This document shows positions 29,879 to 40,201 of a DNA stretch of 63,221 bases, piece by piece. Origin of the DNA: Leptolyngbya sp. (GTDB lineage: Bacteria > Cyanobacteriota > Cyanobacteriia > Phormidesmidales > Phormidesmidaceae); assembly GCA_040374235.1 (NCBI GenBank), contig JBEIUS010000001.1, positions 1-63,221 on the forward strand. Reading direction: 5' to 3'. The notes under the pieces were generated by a model. The model was not told the DNA's origin. It was given only the letters and a program-made list of their open reading frames with translations, and did not search any database. The translations under genes and the position numbers were made by a program. Position 1 is the first letter of the stretch; each line of letters begins with the position of its first letter.

Positions 29879-31753
29879 ATGTCAACCCATGATGATCGGG
29901 TTTCCGCTGTCGAACTGGCCCGTACCCTGAGGATTGACCGGGTACTGCAGGCCGTCAACCAACTGTGGAGCGAGATCCTGGCCGCCGAGCAGGAATATGC
30001 TCCTGTCCTGAGTAAAATTTCTCCGGTGCTGCGGGAGAGTGCCTACAATCTAGTGCACTACCTGGCGGTGCGACGCCACGATCTGCGCCCCCTGCAGGCG
30101 GACCTGAGCCAGCTGGGGTTGAGTTCCCTGGGGCGGATGGAGGCCCACGTGATGGCCACCCTGCAGGCCGTCCTACAAACCCTCCACTGCCTGGCCCAAC
30201 AGCCCCTGCCCCAGGCCCTCTGCCCCGATCCCCCAATTACCTTTGAGCTGGCTCACCGACTGCTGCAGGATCATGCCAACGCCCTGTTTGGCTATCTGGC
30301 CGCCGATCCGCCCCTGCGGATCATGGTGACCATGCCCAGTCTGGCCAGCCAGTCGCCCCAGTTGGTGGAGGATTTGTTGGCTCAGGATATGGCGGTGATG
30401 CGGATTAACTGCGCCCACGATCGCCCCGCCGACTGGCAACGGATGGTTGACCATTTACGGCAGGCGGAGAACAGGTTGGGTCGGCGCTGTCGGGTATCCT
30501 TTGACCTGGCGGGGCCAAAGCTCAGAACCGTTGCCCTGGATCAGCAGCCGGGCCTGGTTAAGTGGCGGGCCCGCGGTGATACCCCCACCACCCTCTGGTT
30601 GGCGGAGAATCTGGCGGCGGCGACAGGAGAGGCCCCCTGCCTGCCGGTGGGTGGGGCCCTGCTGCACCGGGCTCAGCCCGGCGATCAGGTGAGTTTTATT
30701 GACGACCGGGGCAATCACCACACCCTGGAGGTGATGGTGGTGGAGGGCGATCGCTGCGCCTGCCAGGCTACCCAATCGGGCCGGGTGGGATCTCACACCC
30801 CCCTCACCCTGGTGCGCCAGGGGCAGCCCCTGCTGGTGGAGCCGGTGGGGCCCCTACCCCCCAAGGCCCGGGGCCTCTGGCTGGAAACCGGCGACCAACT
30901 GCGGTTGGTGAACTGTCCCGAAGGTGTCCCTCCGGCTGACTCGTCCGAGAGGGATCTACCCACCATGGGATGCCAGGTGGAGGAGATTTTTGTCGATGTC
31001 CGCCCCGGCGATCGCATCTTTTTAGACGATGGCGTTTTTGCGGGGGTGGTCCGTCAGGTCAGCCCCCACAGCCTGGTCCTAGAATTACTAGGGGTGCAAG
31101 GGGGGCGAGCCAAGCTGAAGGGGGAAAAGGGCATTAACCTGCCCGACACCCCCCTTACCCTGCCCGCCCTCACCGCTAAGGACCGGGCGGACTTGGAATT
31201 TATTGCCCGCCATGGCGACCTAGTGGCCCTGTCCTTTGTTCAACACCGCCGCGATATCGAAGCCCTGATCGGCGAGTTGGGCCGCCTCGGCGCCGATAAC
31301 CTGGGGATTATTCTGAAAATAGAGACCCAACAGGCCTTTCACCATCTGCCTGATCTGCTCCTCACCGCCATGCAACACCCCCCCACGGCGGTGATGGTAG
31401 CCCGGGGAGACCTGGGGGTGGAGGTGGGCTTTGAACGGTTATCGGAGGTCCAGGAGGAGATTCTCTGGCTCTGTGAAGCTGCCCATGTGCCGGTGATTTG
31501 GGCTACCCAGGTGCTAGAAACCCTGGCCCAGGGGGGGCTACCCTCCCGGGCGGAGGTTACCGACGCCGCCATGGCCAGCCGGGCGGAGTGTGTGATGCTC
31601 AACAAGGGTCCCTACATCCAATCCGCCATGACGTTCCTGCGGGATGTGGCCCAGCGTATGCAGGCCCACCATCGCAAAAAGACCGCCATGCTACGCCAGT
31701 TAAGCATCTCCCAACCGGCGTCCCGGCCTGACCCCACCACTATTCAGAGTTAG
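29879..31753 (+). CDS. pyk: Pyruvate kinase (long, atypical form)
   Basis: MRINCAH, DLAGPKLR, EKGINLP, ALSFV, LKIE, MVARGDLGVE, ATQVLE, PSRAEVTD and CVMLN. Confidence 0.9.
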   Translation: MSTHDDRVSAVELARTLRIDRVLQAVNQLWSEILAAEQEYAPVLSKISPVLRESAYNLVHYLAVRRHDLRPLQADLSQLGLSSLGRMEAHVMATLQAVLQTLHCLAQQPLPQALCPDPPITFELAHRLLQDHANALFGYLAADPPLRIMVTMPSLASQSPQLVEDLLAQDMAVMRINCAHDRPADWQRMVDHLRQAENRLGRRCRVSFDLAGPKLRTVALDQQPGLVKWRARGDTPTTLWLAENLAAATGEAPCLPVGGALLHRAQPGDQVSFIDDRGNHHTLEVMVVEGDRCACQATQSGRVGSHTPLTLVRQGQPLLVEPVGPLPPKARGLWLETGDQLRLVNCPEGVPPADSSERDLPTMGCQVEEIFVDVRPGDRIFLDDGVFAGVVRQVSPHSLVLELLGVQGGRAKLKGEKGINLPDTPLTLPALTAKDRADLEFIARHGDLVALSFVQHRRDIEALIGELGRLGADNLGIILKIETQQAFHHLPDLLLTAMQHPPTAVMVARGDLGVEVGFERLSEVQEEILWLCEAAHVPVIWATQVLETLAQGGLPSRAEVTDAAMASRAECVMLNKGPYIQSAMTFLRDVAQRMQAHHRKKTAMLRQLSISQPASRPDPTTIQS

Positions 31754-31763
31754 GGGTTGCTCC

Positions 31764-32090
31764 CTACTTCCAGGCCCTGTTTTCCAGATCCCGCAGCTGG
31801 CGTTCCAGGCGATCGAGGCGACCCCGCAGCTCATCCATCTCCGCCTGACGGGGTACCCCCAGCTCCTGCAGGGTGTGGCGCAACAGACGGTGAAACTGAT
31901 CCTCCAGGCCGGCATTATTGATGTTTAATTGGGCCATCACCTCGTCCACCAGGTTACGGGCCTGATCTGGGTCGAACCGGCCCTCCCGCACCCAGGTTTC
32001 TGTCACCTGCTTGAGCCGTTCCGCCACCAGGGAGGTGGTGCCCACCCCAATCATCAATAACTGTCGCAGAAAACTACCGCTATCCATCAA
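31764..32090 (-). CDS. Phasin-like/ATP synthase B-like small coiled-coil protein
   Basis: LLMIGVGTTSLVAERL...LGVPRQAEMDELRGRLDRLE pattern. Confidence 0.7.
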   Translation of the reverse strand: MMDSGSFLRQLLMIGVGTTSLVAERLKQVTETWVREGRFDPDQARNLVDEVMAQLNINNAGLEDQFHRLLRHTLQELGVPRQAEMDELRGRLDRLERQLRDLENRAWK

Positions 32091-32511
32091 CCCTCCGGCT
32101 GGTTCATCCGCCCGATCACCTACCGCTCCATTCTGTCAGAGATTCGAGCCAAACCCAGGGCCTGTTGAGGTATTGAAAGCCGAACCCTGGCTCCCCCAGA
32201 TCCTACGGTATTGCCCCACACCGGCGGCCAGGGAGAGTACCGGGGATTAGCTTAAGCTGGGAGATACCGATAGGAAAGGGATTCAGTAGCCTGGTTATCT
32301 CCTGAATCCTGTCTTTTGTTTCTGGCCCTTGGCTTCTGAAGCCTCGCCCCAATAACTTGCCGCCTCCATAAAATCTCCCGACTGGGGCTGTTACCCGACG
32401 AGAGCTGAATGGGGGCTAGGGGACAGCAAGGATATAAACTAGAGTAATGGCCAGAACTACCATAGGTCTGGCTATGGGGAATAGCCCAGATAACCTTTGC
32501 TAAATAATCCT

Positions 32512-32913
32512 ATGAAATCCCTAATCACTCGTCTTTTTGCCCTGGTCCTGGTGGCCGTTGTGGGGCTCACCGGCTGTAGCGCCGGCCCCAGTGGAACCCT
32601 GACGGGAGACTACCGCCAGGATACCCTGATGTTGGTGGACAGTCTGCGAACCGCCATTAGTCTGGCGGATGATGACCCTGCAAAGCCGGCGGCCCAGGCG
32701 GAGGCCAAGGTGATGATCAGTGATTTTGCCTCCCGTTACCGTCGAGATGGCGCCGTCGCCAACCTCAGTTCCTTCACCACCATGCGTACGGCACTGAATG
32801 CCATCGCTGGCCACTATAGCGCCTATCCCAACCGGCCCCTGCCCGAGAAACTTAAGACCCGGGTGGAGCAGGAGCTCAAGCAGGTGGAATCAGCCCTGAA
32901 CCGGGGCGCCTAG
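32512..32913 (+). CDS. psb27: Photosystem II assembly lipoprotein Psb27
   Basis: Lipobox LTGC; LTGDYRQDT and SFTTMRTALNAIAGHY. Confidence 0.95.
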   Translation: MKSLITRLFALVLVAVVGLTGCSAGPSGTLTGDYRQDTLMLVDSLRTAISLADDDPAKPAAQAEAKVMISDFASRYRRDGAVANLSSFTTMRTALNAIAGHYSAYPNRPLPEKLKTRVEQELKQVESALNRGA

Positions 32914-33118
32914 GGGATTCTCCCAGGGAGCATCTGAGCCCACCGGGAGCCCCTCCGTCTGACCAGAGTTGGCCTTCCTAAGTCGACTGGCCAAAACAAT
33001 CCACCTAGACGGGGAGCCCAGCTAAAACATCCACCAGTATCAGCTTTAGATAACGGGGCCGATGTGATCGCTGGTCTGACCGGCTAACCCAAAGCCCTGT
33101 CCCCTAACTGAGTTCCCT

Positions 33119-33595
33119 ATGCCACCACCGCCCGCGGTCAGTTTGAGACGACTCGTCCTGATGGGGGCGTTACAACTCAGTACGGTGTGGGATCTGGTCA
33201 CCACCCTGTTGGGGATTCTGCTGATTCTTGACAATCTTAACCCGGTGACGGTGAGCCTGGCGGTGATCGGCACCTTGATTGTGGTGGCTTTTAGCTTTAG
33301 CACCCGGATTCTCTGGCAAGGGCGCCCACCCTACGGCCTGGGCATCCTGCCCCTGGCCCTGCTGCGCCTGGTGTGGTTAATGGCGATCCTCATGGACCTG
33401 TGGACTTCCCTCACCTGTAATGCCTGGTTTGTGGGGGGTCGAACCGATGGGGATAGCCTGGCCCTGGACCGTCTACTGGGGCAACTTAACCCCGGCCAAT
33501 GGGTCATTGTGGTTTTTGTTACCCTGGTCACCGGCATCAGCCCGATTTTAGTGGGCTATCTGCGCGATCGCGACCTGGACGCCTGGCTTAGCTAG
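33119..33595 (+). CDS. Hypothetical 4-TM membrane protein
   Basis: 158 aa hydrophobic ORF filling the gap, with genome-like codon usage. Confidence 0.6.
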   Translation: MPPPPAVSLRRLVLMGALQLSTVWDLVTTLLGILLILDNLNPVTVSLAVIGTLIVVAFSFSTRILWQGRPPYGLGILPLALLRLVWLMAILMDLWTSLTCNAWFVGGRTDGDSLALDRLLGQLNPGQWVIVVFVTLVTGISPILVGYLRDRDLDAWLS

Positions 33596-33606
33596 CCATG
33601 GGCCCT

Positions 33607-34407
33607 CTACTGGATACCGGTGGGGTGCCCCCGCCCGCGGCTGAATAGACGATCGAACCCCACCAACCCTAACAGCACCAGGGCGGCTCCGCCGGCGGTC
33701 AGGGTCAAGGCCGGGAGGCTACCGCTATGGCGCAGGGCGATCGCCCCCAGGGCCCAGACAAACACCAAAACAAAGGCCAAATCCCCCCGTTGCCAGAGTA
33801 CCCAGCCCCCCAGCAGGGTGACCACGGCGGTCATGAGTATAGTCCAGCCGACGGGGGATAGGCCCCAGCTCCCCCAACCAGCGGCGTAGAGGGCGGAGGC
33901 CACATTCACCACGGTGGCCACCGCAATCCAGGCCAGGTAAATGCTGAAGGGGATCTGGCAACACCACCGCTCCCGCCGGGAGCGGTGGTGTTGCCCTGTC
34001 CTCAAGGTCAGGTAAATCCCCACCAGGGGAATCAGGATGGCCAGCATGGCCAGCACTGAGCCGCCAAACTGGCGGAGGGTAAATAGGAGGATCCACAACA
34101 CCTGGGCCAGGCAGGCCACGATCAGCAGGCCGTTGACCCGCTGCAGGCGGGGTTGGCATCGGCGGCCCGGGGCAAACTGGTAGAGGCCGTAGGCGATTAA
34201 CCCCAGGTAAATCACCCCCCAGATGGCGAAGGCATAGTTGGCGGGGGTGATCAGCACCCCCGCCAGTAGGGTATTGGCAATCTCTCCCACATTTTGCCCC
34301 CCCAGGGGGTAGATATTAGAGAGGGTGTTGACCACCAGGGTCGAAACGATCGCCAGCATGGTGGCGATCGCCAGGGTCAGGCCTGACCGTTCTACATTGC
34401 TATCCAT
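33607..34407 (-). CDS. Tryptophan-rich sensory (TspO-like) membrane protein
   Basis: ITPANYAFAIWGVIY, PFSIYLAWIAVATVVN and VFVWAL; multi-TM. Confidence 0.75.
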   Translation of the reverse strand: MDSNVERSGLTLAIATMLAIVSTLVVNTLSNIYPLGGQNVGEIANTLLAGVLITPANYAFAIWGVIYLGLIAYGLYQFAPGRRCQPRLQRVNGLLIVACLAQVLWILLFTLRQFGGSVLAMLAILIPLVGIYLTLRTGQHHRSRRERWCCQIPFSIYLAWIAVATVVNVASALYAAGWGSWGLSPVGWTILMTAVVTLLGGWVLWQRGDLAFVLVFVWALGAIALRHSGSLPALTLTAGGAALVLLGLVGFDRLFSRGRGHPTGIQ

Positions 34408-34631
34408 CGCGGCTCCTCCAGGGGGATCACGGGCTCTCTGATCATATCGCTGATTACCCCCCCAATTTCCTGATCAAATCGACGCTGTTATCCGCGATGG
34501 ATAGCCGCCGGGGCTTAATCCTTCCTTAAAACCTGTGGGCTAGGGTTTGGGAGTAGCCTATGCTGATTAGACTAATGGCATCCATTCTGGATCCAACGGC
34601 TTGACTCCTTGCCCTTTCCCCGGAATATCCT

Positions 34632-37031
34632 ATGGTAGTAGCCACCCCTTCCCCCACCCACCCCCTTGCCGACGACGAATTGGGCAAGCTCCATGCCTAC
34701 TGGCGAGCCTGCAATTACCTGGCGGTGGGCATGATTTACCTGCGGGACAATCCCCTACTGCGGGAACCGCTGCGGCCTGACCATGTCAAGTATCGCCTAC
34801 TGGGTCACTGGGGCGCTTCTCCGGCCCTCAGTTTTACCTATATTCACTGCAACCGGCTGATTAAAAAATACGACCTGGATATGATCTTTGTGGCCGGGCC
34901 AGGCCATGGCGCCCCCGGGGTGCTGGGGCCGGTGTACCTGGAGGGTACTTACTCCGAAATCTACCCCGATAAGAGCCAGGATGGGGAAGGGCTGCAGCGC
35001 TTCTTTAAGCAGTTCTCTTTCCCGGGCCACATTGGTAGCCACGTCACGCCGGAAACCCCCGGATCTATCCACGAGGGGGGGGAACTGGGCTACAGTATCT
35101 CCCATGCCTACGGCGCCGTGCTGGATAACCCCGACCTGATCGTCACCTGCGTGGCCGGCGATGGGGAGGCGGAAACCGGCCCCCTGGCCACCTCCTGGCA
35201 CTCCAATAAGTTCATCAACCCGGCCCGGGATGGGGCGGTGTTGCCCATTCTTAACCTGAATGGCTATAAGATTGCCAACCCCACCATCCTCTCCCGCATT
35301 TCCCCCGAGGAGTTGGAATCCCTGTTCCGGGGGTACGGCTATACCCCCTACTTTGTGGAGGGCAGCGACCCCATGGCCATGCACCAGGTCATGGCGGCGG
35401 TGATGGAGGAGTGCATCCTTAAAATCAAGGAAATCCAGCGAGAGGCTAGGGTTCACGGTAACCTGGAGCGGCCCCGCTGGCCCATGATCGTGCTGCGCAC
35501 CCCCAAGGGGTGGACCGGGCCCCAGGAGGTGGACGGTCATAAGGTGGAGGGCTTTTGGCGATCGCACCAGGTGCCCATGGGGGGCATGCACAGCAACCCC
35601 GACCACCTGCGCCGCCTGGAGGAGTGGATGCGCAGCTACGGCCCCGAGCAGCTATTTGATGCCAACGGCGCCCTGGTGCCGGAACTGCGGGATCTGGCAC
35701 CGGTGGGTCTACGGCGCATGGGGGCCAACCTCCATGCTAATGGAGGCATGCTGCGCAAGGCCCTAAAAATGCCCGACTTCCGGACCTACGCCATTGATGT
35801 GCCCCGCCCCGGTAGGGTGGAGTTTGAAAATACTAAGGCCCTGGGGATTTTCCTGCGGGAGATCATGCGGGATAACCCCACCAACTTCCGGCTGATGGGG
35901 CCCGATGAAACCGCTTCTAACCGGCTGAATGCGGTCTACGAGGTCACCAAAAAGGCCTGGATGGCAGACTTTCTACCGGAGGACCTGGACGGTAGCGAAC
36001 TCTCCCGCGAGGGTCGGGTGATGGAGATGCTCAGTGAGCACACCCTGCAGGGCTGGCTGGAGGGCTACCTGCTCACCGGTCGCCATGGCCTGTTCCACAC
36101 CTACGAAGCCTTTGCCCACGTGGTCAGCTCCATGTTTAACCAGCACGCCAAGTGGCTGGATATCTGCAAGAACCATGTGCCCTGGCGGCGATCGGTGTCC
36201 TCTTTGAATATTCTGCTGTCCTCCCTGGTCTGGCGTCAGGACCACAACGGCTTCAGCCACCAGGACCCAGGTTATGTGGACCTGGTCACCAACAAGAGCC
36301 CCGATGTGGTGCGGGTCTACTTCCCCCCCGATGCCAACTGCTTGCTGTCGGTGGCGGACCACTGTTTCCGCAGTGTTGACTACGTCAATGTGATCGTCTC
36401 CGACAAGCAAAGCCACCTACAGTACCTATCCATGGCGGAGGCGGTGAAGCATTGCACCAAGGGCATCGGTATCTGGGATTGGGCCAGTAACGATGACTGC
36501 GGCACCGAGCCTGATATTCCCGATGTGGTGATGGCTTGTTGCGGGGATATCGTCACCAAGGAGTCTCTGGCGGCCACCGCTATCCTGCGGCAGGAGTTTC
36601 CCCACCTGAAGGTGCGGTTTGTTAACGTGGTGGATCTGTTCACCCTCATGTCCCACGGTGAACATCCCCACGGGTTGAGCGATCTCGACTTTGACTCCCT
36701 GTTCACCCCTGATCAACCGGTGATCTTCAATTTCCACGGTTATCCCTGGCTGATCCACAAACTGGTGTACCGCCGATCTAACCAGGAACGTATCCACGTG
36801 CGAGGTTATAAGGAGCAGGGCAACATCAACACCCCCCTGGAATTGGCCATCAACAACCAGATCGATCGCTTTAACCTGGTGATCGATGTGATCGACCGGG
36901 TGCCCAAGCTGGGCTCAGCGGCGGGCCACGTAAAGGAAACGATGAAGAACCGGATTATTGAGTGCCTCACCTACGCCCACGAGGAGGGCCAGGACCAACC
37001 AGAGATCACCCACTGGCAGTGGCCCTACTAG
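34632..37031 (+). CDS. xfp: Xylulose-5-P/fructose-6-P phosphoketolase
   Basis: [29 protein letters not shown] motif and [12 protein letters not shown]. Confidence 0.96.
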   Translation: MVVATPSPTHPLADDELGKLHAYWRACNYLAVGMIYLRDNPLLREPLRPDHVKYRLLGHWGASPALSFTYIHCNRLIKKYDLDMIFVAGPGHGAPGVLGPVYLEGTYSEIYPDKSQDGEGLQRFFKQFSFPGHIGSHVTPETPGSIHEGGELGYSISHAYGAVLDNPDLIVTCVAGDGEAETGPLATSWHSNKFINPARDGAVLPILNLNGYKIANPTILSRISPEELESLFRGYGYTPYFVEGSDPMAMHQVMAAVMEECILKIKEIQREARVHGNLERPRWPMIVLRTPKGWTGPQEVDGHKVEGFWRSHQVPMGGMHSNPDHLRRLEEWMRSYGPEQLFDANGALVPELRDLAPVGLRRMGANLHANGGMLRKALKMPDFRTYAIDVPRPGRVEFENTKALGIFLREIMRDNPTNFRLMGPDETASNRLNAVYEVTKKAWMADFLPEDLDGSELSREGRVMEMLSEHTLQGWLEGYLLTGRHGLFHTYEAFAHVVSSMFNQHAKWLDICKNHVPWRRSVSSLNILLSSLVWRQDHNGFSHQDPGYVDLVTNKSPDVVRVYFPPDANCLLSVADHCFRSVDYVNVIVSDKQSHLQYLSMAEAVKHCTKGIGIWDWASNDDCGTEPDIPDVVMACCGDIVTKESLAATAILRQEFPHLKVRFVNVVDLFTLMSHGEHPHGLSDLDFDSLFTPDQPVIFNFHGYPWLIHKLVYRRSNQERIHVRGYKEQGNINTPLELAINNQIDRFNLVIDVIDRVPKLGSAAGHVKETMKNRIIECLTYAHEEGQDQPEITHWQWPY

Positions 37032-37069
37032 TAGTCAGTAAGGACCCGCTGCTCAACCGCTACCCGATA

Positions 37070-37096
37070 GCCCTGGCTGAGGCTCTCAGCCAGGGC
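37070..37096 (+). terminator. Hairpin downstream of xfp
   Basis: gccctggctgag-gct-ctcagccagggc, 12-bp perfect stem. Confidence 0.6.
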
Positions 37097-37260
37097 ATCG
37101 GCGATCGCCACAATCATGCGGCTGTGGAAGTCTGACCAGAGCTCCGACGTTTCTAGAAATGGATTCATGCCAGGTAGGGGGGAAGGCACAACAAGAGTAA
37201 TCCATGGAGAAACTAATTTATTGTGCTGTTTCCCTCTCCTGTTCCGGATAGCGCGAGCTT

Positions 37261-37281
37261 TATCAATCCAATAGATTGATA
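37261..37281. promoter_or_regulatory. Inverted-repeat operator candidate (LysR-type) upstream of the iota-CA gene
   Basis: TATCAATC-CAATA-GATTGATA, perfect 8-bp inverted repeat in an AT-rich promoter region. Confidence 0.55.
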
Positions 37282-37369
37282 GGTTTATGGATAAAAAGGT
37301 TCAGATTTATGGGAACCTGAAATTAATAGTTTTTTAACTATTGCCTATTTACCCAACTATTAAAGATTT

Positions 37370-37993
37370 ATGCGAATACCATCGACCAAAGTCAAAATTC
37401 CTGCCTTTCTAGTGGCGGCCAGCGTGGTCTCTTCAGCCTTCCTGGTTGGCCATGTTTCCATGGCCGACTCACCCAGCACGGTGGTCCCCTCCACTAGCTC
37501 CTCTACGATAGTGGTGAATAGGGCCATTACGGAAGCCGAGGTGCTAGCGGCCCAGAAGGCTTGGGGAGAGGCCCTGGTGGCCATCTCCACCACCTACGAG
37601 AGCAAGGGGATAGAGGCGGCCCGGGCCCTGGCGGAAGAGATCATTGACAGCGCCTACGGCTACCAGTTTGGGGCGGTTCTATTTAAGCCCACCCTGACCA
37701 TGCATCCCCAAACCTTTCGCACCACTCCGGAGGGGGCGCTGGCCTACTTTGTCGGCGGTGATCCCACCTTTCCCGTCGATACGGGCTTTGCCTTAAATGG
37801 TTGGCGCAAGGTAGAAATCAAGAATGCGGGTATTTTTATCGCTGGCGATACCGCCACCACCATGGGCAACGTCCTTTTGACAAATAAAGACGGCAAGGTC
37901 ACCACCGTAGATAAGACCTGGCAGTTCCTGAAGGACGATAACGGTAACCTGCGGATTATTCTGCACCACTCTTCCCTGCCCTACACCCCTTAG
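37370..37993 (+). CDS. Secreted iota-class carbonic anhydrase (COG4337-like, NTF2/SnoaL fold)
   Basis: Signal peptide; AQKAWG, VLFKPTL, ALAYFVGG, DTGFAL and C-terminal LHHSSLPY. Confidence 0.78.
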   Translation: MRIPSTKVKIPAFLVAASVVSSAFLVGHVSMADSPSTVVPSTSSSTIVVNRAITEAEVLAAQKAWGEALVAISTTYESKGIEAARALAEEIIDSAYGYQFGAVLFKPTLTMHPQTFRTTPEGALAYFVGGDPTFPVDTGFALNGWRKVEIKNAGIFIAGDTATTMGNVLLTNKDGKVTTVDKTWQFLKDDNGNLRIILHHSSLPYTP

Positions 37994-38011
37994 GACGTTA
38001 ACGAGGGAAAA

Positions 38012-38113
38012 TATAGCTTCAGCCAGAACCCATAAGCCCTGATTGATGGGTCAAAGCGAATAGGGGTAGGCGTTCTGGCTGGCCTCGGCCAATTAGAGAT
38101 GGCTAGGACTACA
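38012..38113. repeat. Dispersed MITE-like repeat family C, copy 1
   Basis: tatagcttcagccagaac...gttctggctggcctcggcc...gatggctaggactaca aligns end to end with 60174-60280. Confidence 0.7.
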
Positions 38114-38119
38114 ATAATT

Positions 38120-38644
38120 TTACAATTGACCGCAGTCGGTAATCACCACCGCCTTGGAGGGGCGGCCGCTGGGGCTACCTACCTGCTCCATCAGGGTTAC
38201 TACCTCCATACCCTCCACCACACGGCCAAAAACTACGTGTTTACCGTCCAGCCAGGGGGTGGGAACGGTGGTAAGGAAAAATTGGGAGCCATTGGTGTTG
38301 GGTCCTGCATTGGCCATGCTCAACAGTCCCGGGCCAGTATGCTTGAGGGTAAAGTTCTCATCACCAAATTTCATGCCGTAGATCGACTCGCCGCCGGTAC
38401 CGTTGCCCTGGGTGAAGTCTCCACCCTGGCACATGAAGTCGGGAATAATGCGGTGGAAACTGGAGCCCTTGAAGTGTAAAGGCTTGCCAGAGCCACCCAG
38501 ACCAGCCTCACCGGTGCAAAGGGACCGGAAGTTTTCCGCCGTCTTGGGGGTAACATTGGCGTCCAATTCCATAATGATGCGACCGGCTGAAACGCCACCA
38601 ATGGTGATGTCGAAAAAGACCTGGGGATTGGTTAACTCAGTCAT
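38120..38644 (-). CDS. Cyclophilin-type peptidyl-prolyl isomerase
   Basis: [38 protein letters not shown] and [10 protein letters not shown]. Confidence 0.96.
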   Translation of the reverse strand: MTELTNPQVFFDITIGGVSAGRIIMELDANVTPKTAENFRSLCTGEAGLGGSGKPLHFKGSSFHRIIPDFMCQGGDFTQGNGTGGESIYGMKFGDENFTLKHTGPGLLSMANAGPNTNGSQFFLTTVPTPWLDGKHVVFGRVVEGMEVVTLMEQVGSPSGRPSKAVVITDCGQL

Positions 38645-38716
38645 AGCGTCAGGGTTGGGGACAAAGAGGTAAGGGTTGATCCCTTACTATTCCCAGGGTA
38701 TCGCAAATGGGTCATT

Positions 38717-40201
38717 CTAGAAATCAAAGTAGATATAGGGTAAGGTTTCTGCCGGGGCCAATAGCCAGGCTAAAAAACCAAAAACCGGAATCAGTAACAG
38801 TTTCACCGGCCAACTGATTTCTAATTGCAAGCTGCGTTGAAACAACTGGGCGATCGCCATCAACCCCACCACCCCCAACAACAGGATCAGCAACTCCCCG
38901 TAGGTAAAGCCCAGGCTCTCCAGATAAACCTTTTGAATAAATTGGGGATCGGCGGCTGTGCCCACCAGCCGCCCCAGGGCCAGGGTAAATTGCTTCGGGT
39001 CCGGCAGACGAAAGAACAACCAGCTGAAAAATACCAATCCCTGAGTTAGCATCCAGGCCAGCAGCAGGCCTGGGATACTAGCCCAAAACTGCTTAGTCTG
39101 GGGAACCGCCTTAGTAGCGGCCTGGGTTAACCGGTGGAGGACTAAACCGACGCCATGTAAGGCCCCCCAGATTAAAAAGCCCCAGTTGTTACCATGCCAT
39201 ATCCCCGCTATCAGCATGACGATCATCAGGTTTAAACAGGTGCGGCCTAACCCCTGGCGGGACCCCCCCAAGGGAAAGTAGAGATAGTTCCGTAGCCAAT
39301 CTCCTAGAGTAATATGCCAGCGCCGCCAGAAATCCGCCAGGCTGGTACTGAAGTAGGGGGCATTAAAATTTTCCGGTAGGGTAATACCCAGCAGCATGGC
39401 GCTCCCCCGGGCAATATCTACGTAGGCACTAAAATCAAGGTAAAGTTGCAAGCCGTAGGCAAAGGTGGCTAACCATAGATCGGCACTGCCGGCCCGGGCC
39501 AGATTGCTAAAGCTAAGGTTGACCAGAATAGCGATATGGTCTGCCACCAGCAGCTTTTTCACCGCCCCATAGGCAATCAACCAGCCCCCCTCCACCATGC
39601 CGGTCAGCCCGGGGGCCTTCTGTTGTTCCACCTGATCAATAAACAGGTGAAAGCGGGTAATCGGCCCAGAGATCAACTTGGGGAAGAAGAACTTATAGGC
39701 GCTAAAATCAACCAGACTTAAGGCGGGTGGGGAGCCTCGGTAGATGTCCACCAGATAGGCGATACATTCAAAACAGAAAAAACTCAAGCCCAGGGGCATC
39801 ACCAGGTTAGCCCAGGTAGCGGAGGTGGGGCCTGTTTCGCTGCTCCAGCCCAGCAACCGTAGACCGCCGCCTAGATATTTAAACCCCAGCAGCAAAACTA
39901 CATTAATGCCAATGCCCAGCCATAGGAGTCTGCGCCGCCGCCAGTTCCAGCCCTGTTCAGCCAGTTGCCAGGGGGCATTGCCCCCCTGCCAGTCCAGGGG
40001 GGTGGCCATGGCGTTACCGAGGAAAAAGGTGACCAGCATGAGGATCACCATTAACAATAAGTACTCAACCTGCAGAGAGGCATAGAACACCAGACTGGCA
40101 ATGGTCAACAGCCAGAGACGAGCCTGTAGGGATGGCAGGGTCCAGAATAGGCCAAGGACACTAAGTAAAAACAGTAGATAGACGATGGAGGGCAAAATCA
40201 T
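38717..40201 (-). CDS. MBOAT O-acyltransferase (AlgI/DltB-like)
   Basis: PLGLSFF, SGPITR, QLYLDFSAY, ENFNAPY, FWRRWHITL and GIWHG. Confidence 0.93.
   Translation of the reverse strand: MILPSIVYLLFLLSVLGLFWTLPSLQARLWLLTIASLVFYASLQVEYLLLMVILMLVTFFLGNAMATPLDWQGGNAPWQLAEQGWNWRRRRLLWLGIGINVVLLLGFKYLGGGLRLLGWSSETGPTSATWANLVMPLGLSFFCFECIAYLVDIYRGSPPALSLVDFSAYKFFFPKLISGPITRFHLFIDQVEQQKAPGLTGMVEGGWLIAYGAVKKLLVADHIAILVNLSFSNLARAGSADLWLATFAYGLQLYLDFSAYVDIARGSAMLLGITLPENFNAPYFSTSLADFWRRWHITLGDWLRNYLYFPLGGSRQGLGRTCLNLMIVMLIAGIWHGNNWGFLIWGALHGVGLVLHRLTQAATKAVPQTKQFWASIPGLLLAWMLTQGLVFFSWLFFRLPDPKQFTLALGRLVGTAADPQFIQKVYLESLGFTYGELLILLLGVVGLMAIAQLFQRSLQLEISWPVKLLLIPVFGFLAWLLAPAETLPYIYFDF

Noticed and set aside
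34514-34532. SphR/Pho box upstream of xfp (CTTAATCC-ttc-CTTAAAAC)
   Set aside because: Only two degenerate units with several mismatches; too weak to call
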